From Trichosphaerium sp. ATCC 40318 (taxonomy: Eukaryota > Protista > Tubulinea), in contig JALMLS010000374.1 of NCBI GenBank assembly GCA_038496445.1, positions 186,001 through 250,000 on the forward strand: 64,000 nt of DNA. Reading direction: 5' to 3'. The position numbers were made by a program, and so were the translations under genes. This document shows positions 37,499 to 49,407 of the stretch, one piece after another. Each line of letters starts with the position of its first letter. The first letter of the stretch is position 1. The notes beneath the pieces were generated by a model. The model ran no database searches and was not told the DNA's origin. It was given only the letters and a program-made list of their open reading frames with translations.

Positions 37499-40400
37499 TT
37501 AAAATAGGTTGACATCACGCTTTGCCAAATTTTGGCGCCATCGTGGTAACTTGTAAAACTGATCTTTTGTAAGTTCAAACACCTCTTTAAACTCCGCATC
37601 ACTCAAGTAAGACTAAAAGAAAACGTGATTAAAATCAGTGAAAACAACAAAAAAAGAAGTGCTTAAAAAAAAATGAGTGAATGGTTCTCGTACTTCTCTC
37701 TTTGCTGGATCTACAGCCTTAGGATAAGGCCTATTTATCAAGTCTTCGTATGAGAAGCAACCAGTCTCCTCTCCATCACCCTCTGCTTTCTTGGTGTTTG
37801 TCTTTTCTCGGAGACGTTCATTTTCTTCTTTCAATCTTTGAATCATGAGCTCTTGCTCAGTCATTTGGTTCTTGACCTTGCTAGCAAGCTCTTGATTTTG
37901 TTTCTCAAGAGCCTCTATCTTATTTTGCATATGTTCATAATGCTTCTTAGCGAGTTCTCCATCTACAAACACAGTAAAAAAGCGAAGAAAAAAAAAACCC
38001 AAAAAAAAAAAAAGTTTTGGAACTTACCTTGAGGTACTTCGATGATTATCTTCTTTGGAGTAACGCTAACTTGTTCTTGTAGAGCTTTAGTTGTCTTAGC
38101 AGTATCTTTATACTCTACTTCTTCAATAGAAGGTTCATCAGACGTATCATTGTCATTTTTTTCAGTTGCTTTAAACTTATCTTCAGCAACCATATCCTTT
38201 CCAGCAGGAGACTCATTTCCATCTTCTGAAATAGTATCAAGATTGTTATTTGTTTGTTTATCAAAACTTCTAAAGTCTAATTTCTCATAATCAAGCTTGA
38301 TTTGATGCTGTGTGCCGCGTCTAAAAATAGATCAAAAAAACCGAAAGACCAAAAAAGACTAAACACGAACCTATGCGATCTCCTGAACTCCATATCTGCT
38401 TTTTGACGTTCTAGCATCTCTAACTCACTGTCTGAGTCTTCTTCTTCTGGATCTTCTTCTCCAATATCGTTGTTATCGCCGTCTTCAACGTCTTCTTGTT
38501 TCTCATCCTTGCCGTACTGTAGAACAATATCTTCAGGCTCTTCTTTGTCCTCTTGCTTGGTTTTATCCTTCGCGTCATCTTCAGCGGTAGCACCATCTCC
38601 TTCATCAGGTGATTCGTCTTTTGGAGCAGGCGTATCATCTCCTTCAACAGGGGTGTCTTCCTCAGCAGGGGTGTCATCATCTTTATCTTCACCGTCGTTA
38701 TCTTCTTCAGTAGGCGTAGTTTCAGTTGCCTCCTCAACTTTATCGTCGTCCTGGGCTTGCTCTGTTTCTTGAGTTTTCTCAGTGATTTGATCTTCTACTT
38801 TCTCTTCAGCGCTCGAATTTGCGGAACCGTTGTCCTTTGTAACGTCTTCTGGTGCTAGAGTTAAGTTAGTGAGGCTCTTTATTAGCTTATTGTACCATCT
38901 GATGTCTCAGTAGGTTTCTCTTCAGTAGGTTTTTCTGAGACATTGTTATCTTCTTCAACGTCTTCTGAATCATCCTTTTTTTTGGCTTCACCCTCAGTTG
39001 TTCCTTTCTTCTTTGAGCTCTTCTTGCCTTCTTTTTTCGATTCAACTTTTTCTCCTGGAGGAGATGTAACAGGAGAATCTCCTTCACCATTTGAGTCTTT
39101 CTCAGCCTTCTTAGAAGCGTCTAGAAGAAATGTAAGCATGGATTAACACGTGAACACACAAAAGAATTCAAACACATAGAACAAGTTGTTAGGACATGAA
39201 GCGTTTAGAAGATCGGCGATCGCGTAAAAATAAGTAATGTTGTTTTGCCATTTGTGTTGGTCAGAGTTTACACGTAAACTTAGTTTGACTTACCACTGAC
39301 AAGCAAATTCTTCGATTTCTTCCTCTTGCCAGATTTATCCCTTCTCTTCTTTCCTTTACCCTTTTTTTCACGTGTTTTCTTTGATCCACTTTCACGTATT
39401 CTCTTACTACTCTTTGTTCTCCTTGTGACACTACAAACTCTGTTAAGATTTTTTGAGAAGAGAAAAAATCAAACGCTTACGGTTTTGATCCTTTCTTGCC
39501 ACGACGCTTAGCTCCTGGTTTCTTTGTTATAATATCAACCTTGAGAGGTTCAGTGGCAAGGGATTTATTGATACCCAACGCAATCGAAAACTGTGGACCA
39601 GCAGCAACAGCTGTGAACTTAAAGTTTGGATATTCTTTAAGTTGTATAGGCTTATGACTATCCTTATCGTTACCAGTACCTAGAACGTTATGTAAATTAC
39701 GCGTGAATTAATGTCTAATAACTTACCAAGCTCTCCAAAAGATCCAGAACCCCAAGCCCACAAAGAACCATCAGCTACGTTGTCATCAGTTTGTTGATTT
39801 TTTCTTCAAGTTTTTTATATTTATTGTTTACCTGTGAGTGCAAGGGAGTGACCATCTCCAGAGGATGTAGCAATGAAGTTTTTGACTTCAAGAGATTTTA
39901 TTTTAGTTGGAGAAGTCTTTTGTTTATCATTGCCGTGACCGAGTTTTCCTAGGTGACAAAGTTTAAAAAAAACTGTTCAAAGAAAAAAATACTCTTTACC
40001 TTCTTCGCCGTCTCCCCATGTACAAATTTCGCCATCAACTAAAGTACACAGTCAAATATTATTCACTGTTATATTTGTACCTGTTACAGCAACGGCGTGG
40101 TTGTCAGAAGCGCTTAAAGTTTGACACTTGAGTTCAGGAACTTGTTCTGGTTTCTTTACCCTCTTGCGACTTCCATGACCCAACCTTTATTATTTATCAA
40201 TTAAACAAAACGTACAATCATTGACGTACTTTCCGTGGTCATTGTCGCCCCAAGAATAGACAGAAAAGTCCTCTACACAGAGTCTGTTAACACTGGCACG
40301 TTTTTTTTTGTGTTACGAAAAATTCGAGAAAAGAGAACGCGTACCAGTAATAGCATAAGCGTGTGTTCCACAGTTGTATACATTAATGAAACTTAGATTC

Positions 40401-43400
40401 TTAGTGAGGAGCCTTTTAGGTGCTAATGCCTTGTTCTCAATTCCAGAACTCCTAAGGAGATAGACAAGGTATTGAAGACCCCATCCAACCTTTCCACCCC
40501 AAATATACAATTCTCCAGTGTCTAAAAAAACAACACGTGAGAAACGAAGAAAAGCATGAAACAAGTTGGTTACCTGATAAAGCAAGTGTATTACATTCAG
40601 CGGCTGTAACTTTAGCGAATTCAACATCTTTGATCTCACTGATACGCCAAGGCTGAAAGAGAGAGGTGATTAATGTTCTTTCAATGTTGTAGTTTAATGG
40701 TAACCAAAGTACATACGCTGAAGTGTTGCTTTGTTTCTGGATCACCACATAGTATATCAAGGCCCCAAGAGAATGCTCCTCCATCAGCTAAGGGTTTGTT
40801 TTAATACATGCCTTTATATTTTGGAAAAAGGTATTTTTAAAGCGTACTGCTGATAGCAGCTGAGTGATGACTGCTAGCTGAGATATCTTGGAATTTTATA
40901 CTCTTTGTTACGTCGATCTGCTTAGGATTAAGTCTAGTCAACATATCTCCATGACCAAGTCTATCATTGATAAGTATTTACAACAACATTCTTTTTTTTT
41001 TTTTGTAACTCACTTTCCAGTTCCACCGTATCCCCAACTCCATATCTCTCCTTTGGCTGAAGAAAATCGTTTAGTTTTCGGCTGATAAATACAATAAAAC
41101 AACGCAATAAAAATCCGCTACTTACCTGTTAAAGCCAACACGTGAGGTTCTTCGAAGCCTCCTGTCGATATTTTTTTGAAATAAATATTTTGGAGAGAAA
41201 TAATAGGTGTTGGGCTCAATACCATCCCTTTTCCTGGTTGACACAATACAACAGGATCTTACATAAAAACATAAGACATTACAGTAACAAAACACTCTGT
41301 ACCTTGACCCCACGTAAAAACATGATACTGGCTATTGTCAACAGCAGCTTTTTTCTCAGTAATCGGCTTATCTTTTTAAAGGAGTTAACAGGATACAAAA
41401 ATACTTATCACGCACCTTCAATAAACTGAAGGTCTACTTTAATGACATCTTTTTCATCGAAGTCACGAAGTAAATTAGCTATCATAGGGAATCCACGCTT
41501 TAAACAATGTTAAAAGAGCGATTTTTTTTTCCGAAAAAACCAAAAAAGGCAGGTAGGTACCTTCTTTGCGATATCTCGAGGTGTAAGATTATTGAACATC
41601 ATGTCTTTGTGAGCACCATATTTCAATAAGAACTTTACTACGCTATGATGACCATTCTGCGCGGCCACATAAAGAGGTGTTGATTTATCTCCACCTAAAA
41701 GGAGCGTTAATTAATTAATTCTTCCTTTGTACATACCTCTTTGGTTAAGATTAGCGCCCATTTGAGCGAGATATTCGACGATTTCTGAGTGTCCTCTAAG
41801 CAAATATAAGCCGGGATTAATGAAGAATGGGATTTACCTCATGCAAGCTGCATATACAGGGGAATAACCTCTGAAAGTATCTTCAACAAAAGCGCCTTTT
41901 GATTTATGAGAAACACAGAAACCAAGAAGACTTTCGAGCGTACCTCTGCTTACTAGAAGTTTTGTAATCTCGAGGAATCCGTTCTGGCTAGCAATATAAA
42001 GTGGTGAAGAACCATCTCCTCCCTTTACGTTTATAATAGCGCCAACATTTATTAGTTTATGAACCACCTCAACGTGACCTTTCATGGCTATAAAAAAAAT
42101 ATTAGAACGAGAGAGAAATAAAATAAAAAAAGTGAAGCGTGTTAACAAGTAATAGTACATACCAGCAATGTAAAGTGGAGTAAATCCTCCTTTGTAAATA
42201 GCATTTACGGCTGCCCCATATTCTACCAATAATTGGACAATATCAAGAGCACCAAGCTGACATGCTGTAAAAATAATTAGCTCTCACGTGCTGTACAATA
42301 TTTATTGTTTTGGGTTTATTTACCAATATAAAAAGCCGTAGCGCCAGCTCTCGTTTTAGCTTCAATACTCGCACCACTAAATATTTTTAGATGCTAATAA
42401 TGATCCGAATATAAATTCTAAAATACTATGTACGCATCCAGGATAGCTTTAATAATATTTTTTTCACCTCTATGGCAAGCGATGTATAATACGGTTTTAC
42501 CATCCTTATTCCACTTATCTATAAAAGGCTTCGCCTGAATAAAATATTAAAAGGACTATTAACAAGCAAGACTGAATAAGAGGTGAATGGTAAGCAAAAA
42601 AAAGTCAAAAAACTCCAAAAAGCGAAAGCGTAATTTTGATTTGTTTGAAATCTGTTCTGCCTACCTCTGCCTGTCGCACGATCCATTTAACGGTGTCAAT
42701 ATCTTTCTTTAGTACGGCAGTAACTAATTGGTCTAGTGTAGGCTTAAGAGATGGTGGAAGCTCTAAAACATCAAATTGGAGTCCAGCAACCTAAAAATAC
42801 TTTTTAGTCACGTGATTTTTCTGAAAATAAAAAAAAAGTCGCATTATATTCATTTGTGTAGTGCACTTACTTGCTTTAAAGTGAGCGGCCCGTTAGCTCC
42901 AGCATAGACACATAAATCTTTAACTGTTTTCTTTGGATGGCTGCCTATAACACCGAAATAATCGCCTTGTATTGTAATAAAGACCTCCCCTTTATAACAA
43001 ACGTCATTGTTTTAATACTTTACAGCTAGTATAGAGTACCTGTAGCGATTTTTAACCCTATACCGATGATAGCACCTACGTAAAGTAGTTAACGAATTAT
43101 GTACTTCAAATCAAAGCAATGGTTGCGAGGTAGTTACACGTATGATTTACGTACCGTTTTCTCCCCATGGCTGCGAGAATTTTACAGGGTTCTTTACGTT
43201 ACTTTTAAAACCGTCTGATGATAATGCTATCAAATTGGAAGTACTACCTGATGCTAAAAGGGAGAGCGAGTAAGTTGGTTTTTTTTTTGTAGACTAGTAA
43301 TGCTTTTCAATTAAAATAGCCTATTAGCGTAGACAGTGCCCTGTGTAAAGCATTTCTGATGTGAATTCTATAAAACTATTCTAAAGTGCTAATACGTACC

Positions 43401-43545
43401 AACGCCAAGTAAAACCTTTGTCTTATTGCCTATTTCAGCTACTTCCCACTCCATGTAGGCAATATCATCGCTGGCTGTGAACGGCGAATCGCTTTTAACG
43501 AAGAGCTCTTCCTTTGTAGTTTCCGACCAGCTTATGCTCTGTCCT
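37499..43545 (-). CDS. Multidomain protein: SPRY-like, ankyrin repeats, RCC1 repeats, acidic region, coiled coil, villin headpiece (start approximate)
   Basis: YMEWEV...IIGIG...TIQGD; GFTPLYIA, GSSPLYIASQNGFLEI; YSWGDNDHGKLGHG, WGSGSFGELGTG; SYLSDAEFKEVFELTKDQFYKLPRWRQNLAKRDVNLF*. Confidence 0.85.
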
Positions 43546-44060
43546 GATAATGCATTAGAACGTTACCTAGCGCTCGCTAACTTCAAGTTTTTTTGTTTTT
43601 CAAAACGAGCAAATATTCCAACTAGGACCGCCTATCGGCATATCACATGCCCTGTCGTGTCATAAAACCGGTTTTTAAGGCTTTCTATGTCAATTACCTT
43701 CAATGTAAACTCCAGGGACATCGGGATCTACAAGTGTAAACTCCAGCATTGGGAAACACTCACGCTCTTGTTGATTACTTCTATAACGTGCGGGGCTAAT
43801 AAGACACCAGAATGTGCACCAATAGCTCACAACAAGATTGAGTGTGGCAACTTCACCTCGCTTCCCTTCCCGTCAAATAATACAGTCTTAATAACGGAAT
43901 AAAGGTCGCTTGGTAACTGCATTGTATAACAAAACCCTCAGTGTTGTTTTGGCATCAGTGAACACTATTTATCTATCAAAACGACGAGCAATATTATCAA
44001 TTGTAGGTGTCAGTTATGGGACATAACAAATTGACACACCGGATCGTTAGTGGTGATAAA

Positions 44061-44165
44061 TGCCTTGACACCTTCATCTTTTATTAGTTTACTTTGGCGT
44101 AGGTTCATAGTATGAACACCTCACCCTCCAATACCTTGACTCCTTGATCTTGTTACATGTGCATA
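44061..44165 (-). pseudogene. Decayed LRR repeat fragment, inverted relative to the neighbouring F-box/LRR gene
   Basis: Reads YAHVT/DQGVKVLEG/GVHTMNLRQSKLIKDEGVKAF with two frameshifts. Confidence 0.7.
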
Positions 44166-44460
44166 GGCCATGCGTCACGCCAGCCAATATATATCAAACA
44201 CGTTTTTTCAACAAATTTTCATCCTTTTTTTTTCAAAAGTATCACGTGTCAAATTGGTGTTATGTCTTTTCCTGTTGGTTGTCTATGGTAAATACTTGAA
44301 GAAGAAACACATCTGGCGTTTCAGAGCATGCAATATAAACTCCATAAGGTACATAGTTTACACTTTTGAAAAAGTACATACGTTTTACGTCGCTTTAAGT
44401 CAAACCACTATTACAACCTCACCCAGACATTACCCTTAAAAGCGTTCTATTATCTACAAC

Positions 44461-45639
44461 ATGAGTTTAATGCAGCTACCTACAGAGATATTAGCCCACA
44501 TCTTGCTTCACACAACAAAAGCGCGGTTTGTAGCTTGTCAAACGTGCCATCTCATTGCTTCAATCGTTCATGATGTTATTGGGTACGAAGAAGTGAAAAT
44601 TACAAATATCTCACAAGTGCAGCCGCTTTTAAAGCACCCCAGCACTCTTCGGAAAACAAAAATCTGCCTACATGGACTTTGTTTTAATGATAACATTATC
44701 AAGCTATTTGCTGGCGCTCAAAATATTAACTTTAGCGAGACTGCAGTGACGGACAAAGGTGTCAAAGAACTCGCTGGAGTTCATACTATTCATCTCAATC
44801 ACAGTAAAGTTACTGATGAAGGTATTAAAGCACTTGCTGGAGTTCATACTATTTACCTTCAAAAAACGAGAGTAACTGGTGAAGGTATTAGAGCACTTGC
44901 TGGAGTTCACACTATTTCTCTCCACGGATGTAGGAAAATAACTGACAAAGGTGTCAAAGCACTTGCTGGAGTTCATACTATTCGTCTCAGTTTCACTCCA
45001 GTAACTGACAAAGGTATTAAAGCACTTGCTGGAGTTCACACTATTTTCCTTCACAGTTGTAGCAATGTGACAGATGAAGGCGTTAAAGCGCTTGCTGGAG
45101 TACATGAGATACACCTTAGTGGAACCTCAGTAACAGATGAAGGTGTCAAAGAACTTGCTGGAGTTCATACTATTCATCTCAATCACAGTAAAGTAACTGA
45201 CGAAGGCGTTAAAGCACTTGCTGGAGTACACACTATTTTTCTTAGTGGTTGTGAGAATGTTACAGATGAAGGTGTTAAAGCGCTTGCTGGAGTACATGAG
45301 ATACACCTTAGTGGAACCTCCGTAGCAGATGAAGGTGTTAAAGCACTTGCTGGAGTTTACGCTATTTTCCTTTGTGGATGTAATGTTACCGATGAAGGTG
45401 TTAGAGCACTTGCTGGAGTTCATACTATTTCTCTCCACGGATGTAGGTATATAACAGACAAAGGTGTCAAAGAACTTGCTGGAGTTCATACTATCCACCT
45501 CAATTACACATCAGTAACTGACAAAGGTATCATAGCACTTGTTGGGGCAAGACTTATTACTGCCCTTAGAACTGCTGTAACTAAAGAAGGGGCTAAATCT
45601 TTAAAAGGGACTAAGGTTATTAGTAACCATCGCAAATAA
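44461..45639 (+). CDS. Intronless F-box/LRR protein with 12 LAGVH-type units
   Basis: F-box LPTEILAHIL...TCHLIASIV; repeats TDEGVKALAGVHTIxLxx. Confidence 0.92.
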   Translation: MSLMQLPTEILAHILLHTTKARFVACQTCHLIASIVHDVIGYEEVKITNISQVQPLLKHPSTLRKTKICLHGLCFNDNIIKLFAGAQNINFSETAVTDKGVKELAGVHTIHLNHSKVTDEGIKALAGVHTIYLQKTRVTGEGIRALAGVHTISLHGCRKITDKGVKALAGVHTIRLSFTPVTDKGIKALAGVHTIFLHSCSNVTDEGVKALAGVHEIHLSGTSVTDEGVKELAGVHTIHLNHSKVTDEGVKALAGVHTIFLSGCENVTDEGVKALAGVHEIHLSGTSVADEGVKALAGVYAIFLCGCNVTDEGVRALAGVHTISLHGCRYITDKGVKELAGVHTIHLNYTSVTDKGIIALVGARLITALRTAVTKEGAKSLKGTKVISNHRK

Positions 45640-45774
45640 ACTCTGGGTCCCATTGTTCCATGTAATCCCATCTCTTATACAACGTGGATGTAGAATGGAA
45701 ATTTTAGTTGACAAGATAAGTCATGTATTCACAAAAAACAGTTGATTCTCAGCCCCGAAACGAAATACGAAGAT

Positions 45775-45954
45775 GGTGGTCTATAAAGTCTGACAGCACT
45801 TTCGGATATAACTCGAACTAATGCAATATGGCAAAAGAGCACTGGCCTCATGGAGCAGGAGTTGATCCATAAGGTATGGCCTAAGAGAAAAAGCTCATCA
45901 GCGAGGAGCTTAGCTGCTTCATGAGAACAATTTTAGAAAGAGATGCTCAATAAA
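45775..45954 (+). pseudogene. Decayed copy of the 3' end and 3' UTR of the 4526-5041 gene
   Basis: ggtggtctataaag...tataactcgaact...ggagttgatccat...gtatggcctaag...tcatcagcgaggagct...agctgcttcatga...agatgctcaataaa matches the reverse complement of about 4486-4685. Confidence 0.85.
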
Positions 45955-46218
45955 CGACAAAGGTTGAGTGTCCGACTGGAACTCAGTTGAGCTTCCTAAA
46001 AAATAATACATAAAAATAAATACTATAAAAAGCACAGGGGCGGAAGGTCACTCCTTCACTGTTACGGTCCATCAAGTAGTTGTGTCCTCGTCATATATAC
46101 ACGTGGAAGATTGGTTTGGTGCAACTCCAAATGTCAACCCTTAGTGAGCACCAATGTAGGCTTGCTTAAGAATGGTAGTCCTGGCGTAGACAAATAACAG
46201 TAAAGTAGATGCTCAATA

Positions 46219-46373
46219 TTGTCCGTTTCAGTCAAGTTAGTCAACCCGTTATTTCGCCAGTTATTTTTCGCTCTTCAAGCAGTTTATTTGTATTATAGTA
46301 CGCATTGGAGCACTTATGTCGAAAAAAATAACTGGCGAAATAACGGGTTGACTAACTTGACTGAAACGGACAA
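46219..46373. mobile_element. 155-bp MITE with perfect 50-bp terminal inverted repeats and TA target-site duplication
   Basis: 46219-46268 is the exact reverse complement of 46324-46373; TA at 46217-46218 and 46374-46375. Confidence 0.88.
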
Positions 46374-46609
46374 TAAAAAGCAGTATTTCGTATTGTACTG
46401 TCATATTATTCAAAACGTTTTCGCACGTGATACAGCTATACGTATTGTTGGAGTACCAACATTGATATAGTGTTACACTGCCATAACAGATTCTGTGGAA
46501 TTCGTTTATTACTAAAATACCGCAGGACGTTTAAACAAAGAATAGTTTAAGTGAACAGCAACTTAATCCTATTCGGTGTTAGTACAATACCCAACCTAAA
46601 ACCTCCACA

Positions 46610-47106
46610 ATGAACCAAAAGGTCAAATCAAAAGCTAGTACAATAGTTAATGCAACAGTAAATATTACAAACGACCTACCTAACGGCCCATACGCTCAAA
46701 TAAAATCAGGAGGAAGCAATATGCCTATGGCAGCCGCGTTTATGTGTATCCACCCATAATTCGAGTTTTAAACCCGAAAATTAACGATTGTTACGTTTTC
46801 TTAACAGAACGACTAGCACCGGCATTAGAGGTGTTTGTAGCTGAAAGTAGCCTATGTAGAGACGCAGCACAGGCCGTTGTTAATTGTATACAACGATCTC
46901 AAGGCCAAATGACCTCAAACATGAGGAATACCAAGATTGAAATGCAATCTACCCCTACTGTAACTCAGGTAATATTTAAAGGAGGTGTGCTAGAATTGGA
47001 ATGTCAACTTGGCCCATTCGGTGTAAAAAATGGAGATTCTCTTGAAATGCATGTTTCTATTGCGTCTGTTACTAAAATTAAACAAAAACCTTGCTCTGTA
47101 ATGTAG
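46610..47106 (+). CDS. Small protein with ubiquitin-like C-terminal half and CaaX box (5' exon junction unresolved)
   Basis: VIFKGGVLELECQLGPFGVKNGDSLEMHV resembles the ubiquitin C-half; ends KIKQKPCSVM*. Confidence 0.55.
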
Positions 47107-47427
47107 TCAAAGAGTGTAGGGTACACAGTGATAGCATATCATAAGACAATTTGTAGCACAATAAATAGAAACACATCTTTACAAAATAAACTAAAATGAA
47201 CAAAAAAGTCACGTGACAGATTTTTTTTTGATGTATACTCCCTGCGTTAGATAAACAAGCCCAGCTTACAATTATTGATGTTACATAGATTGTTGTCAAG
47301 TATCTTTAGAATTACGCCTTTTGAAACACGCTTTAGCACATTAGTAAACCTCGCGAGAGTCCAGCTAAGAAATTCTGACAAATGGTAAAAAGATGAATGT
47401 GCGTTTATTTTAAAACTGGTGCAAGGT

Positions 47428-48774
47428 TTACAAGAGAAGTAAAAGCGCAGAGCAAATCAATACAAAGAAGACAGAAACAGTGGTCTGGATTGATCCGGAA
47501 GGAGGTGTAGTTCCTGTAGAAGGAGCTGGTGTTGTAGGTGGAGGTGTTGGAGATCCAGCGTCAGCTAGCACAATTGTTTGAATGCCGGCTGCGTTGGCTG
47601 TTAGGATAGCTTCTGGCACAGGAAAGAAACCAAATTCCTCTGTACTATTCTGACCTTTAGCAGATAGCGCATACTCAATAAACTCAACAATAAGTTGACC
47701 TTGTTCACGTGTCAAGAAACTTAAATCCTCGTAGATTAAAAAGTAACTGAACGTTGTGACTGGCCATACGCCGGAACCAGGTTGGTTGATTAGAGTGAGC
47801 TCGTCCCATTTGTCTGAGTTTGAAGGAGGTAAGTTGTTTAAATCTTGAGCTACTGCTTCGACATTTGCTTCTTCAGCTGTAAGGAACTCTCCTTCTTGGT
47901 TTTGAAGAGCAGCTTCAACGAGTCTGTTTGTTCTACCAAAACCAACATCGACATATCCGATTGTATAAGCGTTTGCTTTTAGAGCATCTGACATTGCGCT
48001 CGATCCTTCAACTTCAGTTGTATTAGCTGGAAAAGGGAGTTCTTTGCCTGTTCCCAATACCCAGACGCCAGGAGCAGCACTTGCGAGGTATTCAGAAAGA
48101 TTATTTGTAGATGAAGACCCATCTTTACGACGAACAACAAGAATAGGTTGGTTAGCATCTACAGTGAACCCAGGGTTGTCAGCCTACACGAGAACACGTT
48201 AGAAGACCAACTAATTAATAAAAAAAAGAATAAAATAAATTTCAAAAGTCACGTGACTTGCCATTATATCAGGGTGATCCCAAGTAGTAATATTCCTTTG
48301 AAAAATCTTTGCGGCGACTGCAGCAGTAAGATTTAATGTTCCACTGAGCCTTTCTGAAGGTACATTGTGGAAAATATTGACGGCACCCAATAGAAAAGGG
48401 ATGTGAAGTACTTTTGTATCACCAAGTTGTACGTGTTCATCGTCATTCAGTGGTACATCAGCAGCAGCCCAATCGTTGTCTCCTACAAAATTATTAAAAA
48501 AAATCAAAAAAAAGATTCTTTAAGAAATGTCTTTCATCACGTGCTGGTTGTTTTACTTACTTGCTAACAGGTCTGCGATACCTCCACCTGATCCAATTGC
48601 TCGGTAATCAATCGTAGAGGTGGGAAAATTTGTTGATTGGGCCTTGTAATCAGGAAACCAAGCGTCGGTAAAGAGACGGCTTGGGTTTGTAGTTCCCGAG
48701 CCCTCAATTGATACCTGAGCTACTGATCCTGCGATAAACGCTATCAATATGATGTTTAATGCTGTTGAAGCCAT
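47428..48774 (-). CDS. PstS-like phosphate-binding protein, secreted, probable GPI anchor, 2 introns
   Basis: Signal peptide; IEGSGTT, IDYRAIGSGGGI, DWAAADVPL, ITTWDHPDI, RKDGSSST, IGYVD, LQNQEGEF, WPVTTFSYFLIY; Pro/Thr/Ser linker and hydrophobic tail. Confidence 0.9.
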
Positions 48775-48840
48775 TAGGGGGATTTATGGGGATGAAGTGT
48801 CACTAAATCGTTTCAGCTTAAGTAAGATCACATAAACAAT

Positions 48841-48893
48841 CACGTGCCTATGTTCTTACTAAAAGTGGTAAGTAATGAAGGATGACGTCATCC
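48841..48893. promoter_or_regulatory. CACGTG plus 14-bp palindrome GGATGACGTCATCC (CRE/ATF-like core) upstream of the PstS-like gene
   Basis: CACGTG at 48841-48846; palindrome at 48880-48893; 65-120 bp upstream of the ATG. Confidence 0.35.
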
Positions 48894-49407
48894 GTCAAGA
48901 GTGTAAATAAACTAAGCTCAGGCATGCTTTTGTCGGCCGTAAGTGAAGTTCGAAGGAGCCCAAAATGACTCTTTTTACTTATTAGTCTGCGTTACTAGAA
49001 ACGGCTCGTTCTGACAAACATATTTGGTGTCTTGTGGTCATGTTAATCGGCCTTAGTCTTCCCTTGCGTCGAAAACTCTCAGTGCAATCCCATGTTAACT
49101 ATTTAGCATTGTAGCCCACGGTATCGTAACAAGGGGTTATTACCCGCCCACAGAGGGTCTGTGATGAATGCTAACAACTTGCAAAAGAATGCGAGGATGA
49201 ATAGAATTGATTGCTACTATGTCCATCATTTTAAGCCCATGCACATGTTAATAAAGATATCAAGCTGTTACATTTGTTACTACACCATGACTATACTCAA
49301 TGTCATAAGAACAAGTTTGGTCACCAGGCCAAAGACAAAACTGCTACACGCTGTTTGGCAATTGTGACATCCAATAAAGTTAATAAAAACATGTTTTGTT
49401 TCTAATG

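Noticed and set aside
38042-39146. Ser-rich plus-strand ORFs
   Set aside because: Antisense of the acidic exons of the ankyrin/RCC1/headpiece gene
44704-45498. Minus-strand NSSKCF-repeat ORFs
   Set aside because: Antisense shadows of the LRR array
44740-45540. CRISPR array interpretation of the repeat-spacer pattern
   Set aside because: Units are in-frame multiples of 3 inside an ORF, there are no cas genes, and the context is eukaryotic
48841-48846. Pho4-type phosphate regulation inferred from CACGTG upstream of the PstS-like gene
   Set aside because: The motif occurs about once per kb across the window, so its presence here is not specific
49161-49380. Possible ankyrin-like remnant (LLHLLLHH...KNKFGH)
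   Set aside because: Too short and degenerate to support
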